Part shown: positions 37,313 through 45,997 of the stretch, in pieces
Layout of the letters: each line of letters opens with the position of its first letter
Numbering within the stretch: the stretch's first letter is position 1
Source of the DNA: a virus
DNA: 64,000 nt
Direction: 5' to 3' (one strand)
Virus record (IMG/VR): IMGVR_UViG_3300049811_000333
Span: 1-64,000 of that record
Position numbers and translations under genes: made by a program
The notes under the pieces: model-generated
Told to the model about the DNA's origin: nothing
Seen by the model: only the letters and a program-made list of their open reading frames with translations
Database searches by the model: none

Positions 37313-37602
37313 AGGCCGTGGTCAGAGCCGAACCGTTCGCGGCCGGGGTCCACGCAGGTCACTTCGAAGTCGATGGGGGCTTCCACGAAGAGAGCCGACG
37401 CGATGGCGTTCGCGATGTCACTGGAGCGCGCCATGCGGGCGGCTTGGATTTTCTCCACGATCTCGTAGAGGCGCGCGAACTCGCGGGTGCAGGTGGCTGC
37501 GAGGTAGTCATCGTCCGGCACGTAGTACGCCACCATGGCCGCATCGAGCGCGTAGCGGCCAGTGACGAAGAGATCGAGGCACTCGGCCTGCGTGAGCTTC
37601 AT
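37309..37602 (-). CDS. Hypothetical protein
   Basis: 97-aa ORF. Confidence 0.55.
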   Translation of the reverse strand: MKLTQAECLDLFVTGRYALDAAMVAYYVPDDDYLAATCTREFARLYEIVEKIQAARMARSSDIANAIASALFVEAPIDFEVTCVDPGRERFGSDHGL

Positions 37603-37605
37603 GGA

Positions 37606-37899
37606 TCACCTGTAGAAGGTTGCTGCGGGATAGAGTTCAAGGAGCTTGGCCTTCGCACCGCCGCGCCAAGGCGCGCGCAGGAACCCGTCAATGGTTCCCT
37701 CCGCGTTGCGATACCAGTAGAGAGGCTGTCCGAGGCCCCAGTAGGCCCCGCCTTCGTCGTATCCGCCGGAGTCAATCGCGACCCGCGAGAGGTAGAGCTT
37801 GTGCGGGGCGAGGGTATCAACCGGATCGGAATAGGGGTTCGGTCGCGACGGCCGCCCCATGGGGGCGCCGTAGCGGCAATCCACGCGAGGGAGCTTCAT
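37606..37899 (-). CDS. Conserved early phage protein
   Basis: YGAPMGR..SGGYD.GGAYWG.G.PLY. Confidence 0.75.
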   Translation of the reverse strand: MKLPRVDCRYGAPMGRPSRPNPYSDPVDTLAPHKLYLSRVAIDSGGYDEGGAYWGLGQPLYWYRNAEGTIDGFLRAPWRGGAKAKLLELYPAATFYR

Positions 37900-38163
37900 G
37901 CGTCACCCGTAGATTTGTTTGAGGATGGCGGCACCAAGTGCCCGCAAGCGGGCGTTGTTGGTGTTGAGGTACTGGTTGGCGCGTTGCTCCGCGCCTCCAG
38001 TGCCAAGGGCCGCGACAACGGCCTTGGCTTCTTCATCGATCTGGCTCATGGCGAGACCAGGGCCAAGATGGCGATCACGAGCCAGAAGATGACCGTGAAC
38101 GACACCATGGCGGAGATCGTGAACAGCGCGAGCCGCACGAGGACTTCGTACATGGGAACCTCC

Positions 38164-38209
38164 TGAGGTTGCTACGCGGCACCGCGAGGATGCCGCGAGG
38201 GAACGTCAG
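38164..38209 (-). promoter_or_regulatory. Conserved long intergenic hairpin, copy 2
   Basis: Same outer and inner stems as 37268-37312, with compensatory changes. Confidence 0.55.
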
Positions 38210-38508
38210 TGCTTAGGCTTCCACCCCCAGGGCGAGCGGGACTTGATCTCGCAATCGAGATCGCCGCCGCACACGGTCCAAGGGACGATGTCGCATTGGT
38301 CTTCGTCGCCACCCACGCAGTTGCAGGTGTCGCCGGGTGTGTCGTCGTCGTCGCAAGGGACGATGTCCTGAGGGAAGCGCGGGCCCGGAAGGCCGCGCAG
38401 GTCCACCACGTTCAGCGAGAGTTCGTCCGCGGCGCGGTAGTCCATGGCCCCGGCCGGGCTCGCGAGCGCGAGCGCGGCAAGGGCGAGAGCCTTACTGTTC
38501 CAGCGCAT
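38206..38508 (-). CDS. Secreted small Cys-rich acidic protein
   Basis: Signal peptide ALALAALALASPAGA; 6 Cys. Confidence 0.65.
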   Translation of the reverse strand: MRWNSKALALAALALASPAGAMDYRAADELSLNVVDLRGLPGPRFPQDIVPCDDDDTPGDTCNCVGGDEDQCDIVPWTVCGGDLDCEIKSRSPWGWKPKH

Positions 38509-39680
38509 GACGCGGAACCGGATGGAACACGCGGTCGCCGGGGATGTAGGCGGGGGTGGGGGCGAGGCGCCAGAACTTGATGCGCCAGCGTCCGATGGCG
38601 AGAGTGTGAAGCCCGCCGATGCGAGTGTGCTTAAACATAGCTAAGCCTCCGCAAGAGGCGCACACCCTACGTGTGCGCCCGTCGCGAGGGCCGCGCTGTG
38701 GTGGTTTGCCAAGAGACGCGCCGTCCGGTCGTGCACCTAAGCACCGATCACCCCTGCCTCCCAAAGTCAGACGGGCAGGCCGTCGCGGGACTTACCGCCT
38801 TGGCAAATTGTTTTTCGCGAGGGCTTCCGGGGTTTGGACCCCCGGAGCCGCCCGGATCACGCGAGAGAGGAACCGGCGAGCATGGCCTTGGATTGGAGGT
38901 CGATACCCCGGACGAGGCTGTCGTATTCCTCCCGCGAGATGAGGCCGTCCATGTACCGCTCATCGAGGCGGTCCATCTGGCGTTCAACCCAGAGTTCGAC
39001 GAGGTGTTCGCGCATGGCAATAACTCCCGAAAGGTGAGCGCGAGAGGCGCCCACGTCGCGAGAGTCGGTCAGGTCGCGAGAGTTGGCCCCCTCCGGGGTC
39101 TCAATCCGGAGGGGCGCGAGATCAGAGTTGTCGCGAGGCGATGTAGTCCGCCGTCTCCAGGTTAAGGCTCTGGATCAGGCTGGGGTCGCCATCGTCGGGG
39201 GAAAATTCGAGGTCAATCAGCTTGGCGAGGTCGTCCCCATGGATGCGCTGGGCATACATGAAGGTCTCGGCCGATTTGTAGTCGGCGAACTCCTGGAAGT
39301 CGCCCGTGATCCCCCGAGGGGTGACATGGACGACCGAGACATGGTAAGGCATGGGTGTGCTCCACATGATGCGCGCCCGTAGTGGGCGCGCACGACGTGA
39401 GGCGCACGCGCGCGTAGTGGGACCCGAGGCGCCGAGGTGCCGCCGGGAAAATTCGGATTTGTCGATTTTCAGAACCCGGAAGTTCCGGGCACCGATCACT
39501 TTTCCGTGATGATGCGGCGCACAAAACGTCCACGGACTATTGTGCGGCGCACACTCCGGGCACGGATCACTTTCTCGTGATGCTGCGATGCACGCTCCGA
39601 ACCCGGATCACATTCCCGTGATCCGTGAACGCAACATTGTGCAACGCAATCTCGCGGTTGCGTTGTACGATGCAGCGCAC

Positions 39681-39711
39681 AAAAAAAAACGGGCGGCCCG
39701 AAAGCCGCCCG
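39681..39711 (-). terminator. Rho-independent terminator
   Basis: CGGGCGGC..GCCGCCCG hairpin plus a T run on the minus strand. Confidence 0.85.
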
Positions 39712-39731
39712 CCCGATACTCCCGGCCCGGA

Positions 39732-39992
39732 TTAAATCCCGGCCACGTAAATCGGGCACCGTTTCCCGATGCCCCGATGGTAGGCCACGGCCACGTCCAA
39801 CCCGTGGTGAACGTCCGGATAGGGTATGGCCGGACCCTGCCCAATGGCCACGGTCAGGCATCGGGCCGACTGCCCGCGCATTAGTCGGTCATGCGCCTCC
39901 GCCTTCATGGCGGCCCGCCGCGCATAAAAGTCCCGGGCAACGGCCCGGATAGCGGCCATACGTTCCTGCTTCTGTTCCGGTGTCATGGTCAA
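39732..39992 (-). CDS. Hypothetical early protein
   Basis: Coupled to the upstream ORF; ends before a terminator. Confidence 0.55.
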   Translation of the reverse strand: MTMTPEQKQERMAAIRAVARDFYARRAAMKAEAHDRLMRGQSARCLTVAIGQGPAIPYPDVHHGLDVAVAYHRGIGKRCPIYVAGI

Positions 39993-40687
39993 AGATCCTC
40001 CAATGCCAAAATCCCGGCCGATAGGTCGGTTTTGATTTCGTTCGCCTTCAATCGCAACGTGCCGATTGTCTTTGGCCTGACCGATTGCTTAACCGGACGC
40101 GGTCCGGCCGCCTTCCGGGCGGCTTCAATCTTCGCCCGGGTCTCGGCCTTAAGTCCGGCCTTCCGGATACGTTCGATTGCCCGCGCTTCCTGGCGTCCGG
40201 CCAATGCCGCCGCCCGGAACAGCTTGCGCCGCGCCTTGGCTATCGCCTTGGCGGCGGCTTTCGCCTTCCGGCCATGGACGATCCGGACCGGGGTAACGGT
40301 CCGGGTAAAAACATTCAACGTGTCGGCGGCCCGATAGGCCTTGCCGACAAACCCGTCCGTAATCTGATCTTTCTTGATTGGTTTCGGCCGGGACGGTCTC
40401 TTAACTATGACCCGCCCGCCCTCAATCCGGACCGGCTCCCGGTTCACTAACCGGCCATCCGCGTTCACATAGCATCCACCGTGAACATTACCTTCACGGC
40501 CCGTTTGCGGGTTCACGCCACCGGACGCGGCGTGCCGCGTCATGTGCCGGACTTCCCACGGGATGCCGTTTTGATTGGTTGCGGTTCGCACCTCCTGGAC
40601 CGTTTCCCGGAACAGTTGGCTGTTATGCCATCCCGTTACGGTCCCGGCCCTCCGGTTGCGCCGCGCTTGCCTGTTGTGGCTCGCCAT
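39989..40687 (-). CDS. Highly basic early protein
   Basis: AAAGGGA RBS; K/R/A-rich, 232 aa. Confidence 0.65.
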   Translation of the reverse strand: MASHNRQARRNRRAGTVTGWHNSQLFRETVQEVRTATNQNGIPWEVRHMTRHAASGGVNPQTGREGNVHGGCYVNADGRLVNREPVRIEGGRVIVKRPSRPKPIKKDQITDGFVGKAYRAADTLNVFTRTVTPVRIVHGRKAKAAAKAIAKARRKLFRAAALAGRQEARAIERIRKAGLKAETRAKIEAARKAAGPRPVKQSVRPKTIGTLRLKANEIKTDLSAGILALEDL

Positions 40688-40976
40688 TGCGTTCCCTTTC
40701 CTGGGTTTATCGGCTGACCCGGTGCTAGCCCGGATCGGTCCGCCGCCGCCCATGACCGGGCGACAAAATGAATAGTACGCTTTCCGTTGATACCGCTCTA
40801 ATCACGTGAAATCACGAACTCGTGATGTTGTTTTCGTTTGGTTTTTCGCCGTTTGAACCGTGTTCGCCCCATATCCGTGTGCGTCCTTGTGATCGCTTTC
40901 CTTGATAAATGCACGTCTTGCACTTGCAACAAATACCTGGGCACCTGTCAATCCTTACACTGACGATTGACCTAGC

Positions 40977-41000
40977 AAAAAGCCCGGGCGAACCGGGCTT
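40977..41000 (-). terminator. Rho-independent terminator
   Basis: AAGCCCGG-TTCGC-CCGGGCTT followed by TTT. Confidence 0.75.
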
Positions 41001-41005
41001 GATGC

Positions 41006-41311
41006 CTATGGCAATGGCGGCGGTGGGGCTTCATTCCATGTGTTGCCCCGGGCAACGGCCATGTTCCACCGCCAGGATACCCGGGCTTGCTCCCGTTCCC
41101 GGCCCGTGGCCGTGGCCATCCACCGCCGGGCATCGCCCGCTTGATCCAGTGCCCGGGCATACTGTGAACGGGCCGCAATCTTCAACGCTGCGCTAATGCC
41201 ATCGGCATCGCTGAACAGCGCCAGCACTTCCGGCCGCCCGGAATTTATCATCCGCATACGTTCACGGTCTCGGATCGTATCGGCCGCCGACTTCATGTTA
41301 TATCGTAACAT
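41006..41311 (-). CDS. Hypothetical early protein
   Basis: AGGAGG RBS, MLRYNMKS; followed by a terminator. Confidence 0.6.
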   Translation of the reverse strand: MLRYNMKSAADTIRDRERMRMINSGRPEVLALFSDADGISAALKIAARSQYARALDQAGDARRWMATATGREREQARVSWRWNMAVARGNTWNEAPPPPLP

Positions 41312-42476
41312 TGCTTTGCCTCCTGTGATTTGCTGCACCCTGTATATACGCCTCTTTATACCCGCCTTCAATCCCGTACAGAATTACCGCCCAAAATAGC
41401 CGCCCGGTGTCATCCTACCCGGGATAGCTGCGCCGGCCCTAATCCAATCCCCCCGGCCACGTCCAACCCCTATCCAGTCGCCCACGGCCCGGAACCCGGA
41501 ACAGACTCCCGCCCTATGGGATGCAATAGGGAATGGTCAGGATACGGACGAACCCGCCCCAACTGCCTATCATCCGTGTGCCTCGGAATTGTGTAACAGT
41601 TGTGGGGGGATTGTTCGCCGACCCTCTATCCCCCGCCCCACAAAGCAAACGCCTCCCGCTTCCGCTCCCCTCTCTCGCCGCCCTAGTCCGGGTTCGCGAC
41701 TATCGCCGGACGGGCGCCAACCCGGTCCGGCCCTCTCTATTGTTTATTTTTTTTGTCTGATTTGTTTGGCTCGGATCGGTCTCAATCCCTGACTGTCACC
41801 TATCCCCATGGTCCGGACTTGCTACCTGGTATCATCCGTGTGCTCCGGACGTACCATGCCCATCCGCCTACATGATTGTCTGATGTCTGATTATTCTTTT
41901 ACTTGTCAATAGCTTAGTTCTACTGTGAACCCTGACTTATGTCTGTTCTGTGAACTCTGATTACTTCAATCTATTGAAATCGTTGGGGATTATTATTCTC
42001 TGTTCACATCTGGATCACAGAAACGTGATCGTGTTCATGGTTTGTTCGCGTGACGCATACGGAAATTCAGGGTGCGGACGGCATCAGTGCCACCCCCACA
42101 ACACAATCCTCATAAGAGCACTTGCACTTGCAACAGGAGTGTCCGGGCTTGTTGCCATTCGTCGGGCATGAGGATGCTATATCCGACGTTTGGTATCATA
42201 CCCCCTACCCTTTTTTCTCAGGGATGGGTCCCTCTTTTACGGGTTCTTCCTTTTCACGAGCCCGCTGCCTCGCGGCTCGACAGCTGCTGCACATGCAGGG
42301 ACCTGAGTCAGGGAGCTCAGACGAGTAGTGGCCCATTAGGGGTGTCCTTTTTCTGGTGGGATGGGTCCCCCGGTAGGGGCCTGTTAGGGACCCATCGGGA
42401 AATTCTATCAGTGTACCCCGGTATATCAATTGGACGGTCCGGGTCCCCCTCCCCATGTATACCCCAGGAGGTACCC

Positions 42477-42752
42477 ATGAAGACCATAGCACTGTTACTC
42501 GCACTTGCCTTTGCTACCCCAGCGGCTGCTGCGCCCATGATCTTGGGCTGCCATAAGCAGTCTTGCGTGACGGCGACCAGCAAAACCAGCACCCGGACGG
42601 CCTCGGGGCCGGTCCGGGATGGGAAGGTGCGCCTGCCTGGCGGAACCTGGGTTGACTGCGCTGGCGGACCGAAGGTCTCGCTGGGGGACTGCAGGGACAC
42701 CCTGCGGAAGAAGACGGTCGACTTCTGGTACGAGCAGAAGCTGAACAACTAG
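42477..42752 (+). CDS. Secreted small protein
   Basis: AGGAGG RBS; signal peptide MKTIALLLALAFATPAAA; 4 Cys. Confidence 0.75.
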   Translation: MKTIALLLALAFATPAAAAPMILGCHKQSCVTATSKTSTRTASGPVRDGKVRLPGGTWVDCAGGPKVSLGDCRDTLRKKTVDFWYEQKLNN

Positions 42753-44554
42753 CACCCTGGCGGCTTCCCGACATGCTTGCTGAAGAGCTTCTCGCTGAGG
42801 GACCACCACTTCTCCCACTCTTCCTCGGAGAGAGCCTTCTCGGTCCGGGTTGGGATGAAAGTGATGGTGGCAACCAGCACCCCATCCACCGAGATGATGG
42901 ACCAGGCGGCGTTGTGCAGGCTTGCAGCTTTTTCCTGGACGATCTGGATGGCTTCTTCTTTGGTCATGCTGTGTCCGGGGAGGTTGGATTTACGGGCTTG
43001 GCGGTGATGCCCCCTACTGGGATATTCACCACCGCTCCAGGGGAAAAATCAGACAGCTGGAGGGGGGCGAAAAACATATCCACCCCGTCTACCTCGACGA
43101 GGACGGTTTCCGGTTTCCGGGGAGGGGCAATGGTCACTTCCTGGATGTTGATCCAGCGGTCGAAGATGCAGGGGCGGATGTCCATCAGGACACCGTCCGC
43201 ATCATAGAACTTGATGGCAACAGCGATCATGGGGTTTCCTCTTTTGAGGCGGAGGGGCCATCCATTTTGGATGGGTTGGGTCCCCAGTAGACATGGTAGG
43301 GGGCCTTCAGGATCACATAGCCGTTGTCAGAGATGGCCTGGAGCACTGCGGAGGCCCGGTTCCGGAACATCTCCACGTCTTCCGGGTGGTGCTTCTGGAG
43401 CCATTCCCAGGACGCAGCCCCATCGGCAGCCCCGTAGATGGCCCTGGCGATGATTTCGAGCATCAACCCTCCGGGTTTGTGAAGGAGTTTTCCATGCCGC
43501 GCAGGTAGGACTCATTGGTGGCCTTCATGACCAGGGCCGTGATCCCGCTCAGGGCGTGCTCCTTGGCGAATTTCCCGGATTTGACCAGGTCCCGTCTCTC
43601 CAGCCACTCGTAGATGGCCAAGGCATACTCTTCCGGGCTCATGTCAGGTCACCGCGAAGTAGATGCACCACACCGACAGCGAGCAGATGGTGGCGATACC
43701 GAGGTAGATGACCCGGGCCATGAGGCCGAAGCCGATGTCGTCGTCGAACTGGGCCGAGATCCAGATCGCCATGGCGAAGAAGAGGGCGGACATGATGGCG
43801 GGAACGGCCCAGAGGCCGAAATCAAGCACGGGAAACCTCATCGATGAGCGCGTTGACGACTGTGACGATGGCCCTCCAGCTATCCAGAGGGACAGTAAGC
43901 CTGGCTCCGGGTGTGGAGATGGTGACTGCGGTGCTTGTCGATCTGTCGGAAGTCACCATTTCCACGTTTGCGGAGATGTGATGGACCCCAATCTTGACGT
44001 TGGAGGTCGCCTGCTTGGTTGTGGTTACTTCCATCCCATCGCCTCCTTTTCCTCGTCAGTGAGCTTTGCCAGGGCGGATTTCCGGAGCTCTCGGGTCTCC
44101 TCCAGCTTCCGGAGGGTTTCCCAGTAGGCTTTGACGGCCTTTCCTCTGTCGTAGACGTCGGAAATGACGCCGCCCCCATCACAGAAGTCGCAATACCCCA
44201 GGCGGCGGCCCTTGTTGCCTTCGTAGGCATCGCGGGGCTCGGTCCACGTCTTGCCGCTCCCCTCGCAAACCGGGCATTTGATGTTCATTAGTGCTCCGAT
44301 ACGGGTTTTTCGCCATTTTTACTGGCGGTAAAGGCTCGGAGGTCCTTGAAGAACCTCTCAGATTGGGTTTGGGGACCGGAAATGGCAATCCCGGCCATCG
44401 AATAGCTGGCTTTCAGACCCGGATAGAGGTCGTCCAGCAGCCCCTGGACCTTGTCCAGGGCTGCTTTCTGGGTCGCCATCATCTCGATGAGGGTCCCGAG
44501 CTCGTCCTTGGAGAGAATTTCAGCCACCCATGCCTCCCCAGGGTCGATCCCCAC
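42749..44554 (-). other. Cluster of short leftward ORFs (42749-42967, 42964-43230, 43227-43466, 43644-43841 TM, 43822-44034, 44025-44288 CxxCxGxG zinc finger, 44288-44554)
   Basis: Coupled ORFs with RBSs. Confidence 0.6.
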
Positions 44555-44930
44555 CGCTTCCGACCCGGACGATGGTGAATTCCCGGTCCAGAACCCACCA
44601 ATCCGACTTCACCACGTTGAACTCCTCGACGGCGGCCAGGATTTTCTGGGTGTCGAGATGTCCGCAAGTGTAGAAATCGAGCATCACCAGGGCCGGAGAG
44701 ACCTCGTCCCAGATGTGCATAGCAACGTGGCTGGTGGTGATGATGCAGGTCCCGGTCCAGCCGCGGTTTCCGGGCATCTTGTGGTAGCGGGCATGGGGCC
44801 CTTCGAGGATTTCCATTCCCTGGGCCTCAATCAGCCGCTCGAACCACTTTTCGGTAAAAGCCCGCTCACCCTCCCTTGGAGGGTGCATGACTTCGAACCG
44901 GCCAATGAAATGCTTGTGGGCAAGGATCAT
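44520..44930 (-). CDS. Pyruvoyl-dependent AdoMet decarboxylase-like protein (SpeD/SpeH family)
   Basis: GWTG..II.TSH.AMH.W.E..LDFYTCG. Confidence 0.85.
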   Translation of the reverse strand: MILAHKHFIGRFEVMHPPREGERAFTEKWFERLIEAQGMEILEGPHARYHKMPGNRGWTGTCIITTSHVAMHIWDEVSPALVMLDFYTCGHLDTQKILAAVEEFNVVKSDWWVLDREFTIVRVGSGGDRPWGGMGG

Positions 44931-45199
44931 GGCGACCCCCACGAGTTCTGGAGGCTGGTGACCTCCATTTTGATCCTCCGGATCTCCTGCAGGAAGGGCA
45001 GGATGTAGTCCGGGTTGATGGCCATGGTGACGGCCACCCCGTCATCTTTCCGCTCCACCTTCAGCTGGAGGTGAAAGTCCTGGAACTGCTCTTCCAGGCA
45101 CTGGGCGATGTCCGCGGCCAGGACATAGGGGGTGGTGTGGTCGATCTTGGATCCCAGATAGGCCCCGATCTCCTGGTAGGCTTCCATCAGGGTGGTCAT
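44927..45199 (-). CDS. Hypothetical protein
   Basis: Coupled ORF. Confidence 0.55.
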   Translation of the reverse strand: MTTLMEAYQEIGAYLGSKIDHTTPYVLAADIAQCLEEQFQDFHLQLKVERKDDGVAVTMAINPDYILPFLQEIRRIKMEVTSLQNSWGSP

Positions 45200-45504
45200 C
45201 AGTTCCCACCCTTGGTCATGGAGACAAAGGCCATAGCCTCGGCCTCAGTGTCGAAGTCGGCGGCAATAAGCATGTCCCCGTCCTCCAGGAAAATCTGTGC
45301 AATGGTGGCCCCGGAGACCTCCTCCAGGTGCTTGATGGCGTCGTGCAGCGCTTTGTGCGCTTCAAGTAGGGCCGGGCTGGTCTTCGGTGCTGTCATTGGG
45401 TCCCTCCGTATATGGTAACGTATACACAAATTGCGCGCAGGCGCCAGCCCCGCCCCCGCAGATCGCAAGAAAATAACTCTGGCGTCCTGTCAAGCGTAAT
45501 TTTG

Positions 45505-45533
45505 TTGCGTGATGCGTATACTTCCTGTATAAT
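45505..45533 (+). promoter_or_regulatory. Terminase operon promoter
   Basis: TTGCGT-GATGCGTATACTTCCTG-TATAAT. Confidence 0.75.
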
Positions 45534-45541
45534 ATCAGGCC

Positions 45542-45997
45542 ATGGCAAAGAATACGGTCAACTGGAAGCACGACTTGAAGGGCACGCGCTCTGACTCCCG
45601 GGAGAGTTTCACCCAGGAGCAGGTGGCCGAAGCCCTCGTGGCGGCTGGGGGTGTGCAGGCGGACGCGGCGCGGATCCTTGGATGCTCGCGCACGACCATC
45701 AACGGCTATGTCCGCCGCTACCCCAACCTCCAGGAACTGATCATCAACGCCCGTGAGGAGACCCTGGACCTCGCGGAGAGCCAACTCCTGAAGAAGGTGA
45801 AGGAGGGCAACATGACCGCCATCATCTTCTACCTGAAGACCCAGGGTAAGCAGCGCGGTTACGTCGAGAAGGGGGAGGCGCCTCAGAAGCCGGACGAGAC
45901 CCAGGACTTCTCCACGGCGACGACAGAGGAGCTTCAGGAGCTTGAACGGGAACTTGCTGGCCTCAATTCCGCCAAGCCTCCGCGCCTCAACTCTTGA
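45542..45997 (+). CDS. terS: Terminase small subunit (HTH)
   Basis: HTH AARILGCSRTTI; AE..L...G..TAIIFYLKT.GK.RGY; directly upstream of terL. Confidence 0.8.
   Translation: MAKNTVNWKHDLKGTRSDSRESFTQEQVAEALVAAGGVQADAARILGCSRTTINGYVRRYPNLQELIINAREETLDLAESQLLKKVKEGNMTAIIFYLKTQGKQRGYVEKGEAPQKPDETQDFSTATTEELQELERELAGLNSAKPPRLNS

Larger units (their letters stand above)
39495..42029. repeat. Five ATCAC-N6-GTGAT palindromic boxes
   Basis: Copies start at 39495, 39566, 39607, 40811 and 42014. Confidence 0.8.

Noticed and set aside
39040-39140. Repeated GTCGCGAGAGT units as a CRISPR array
   Set aside because: Too short and irregular, no constant repeat-spacer period, and no cas genes.
45900-45997. 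TerS-TerL +1 frameshift at GAG-C (CAG GAGC TTG), readable by the GCUC-loop tRNA
   Set aside because: The frames are compatible, but terS/terL overlaps are common, GAGC is frequent and a TTG start with an upstream GGAG exists. No positive evidence; worth testing only if quadruplet decoding is shown.
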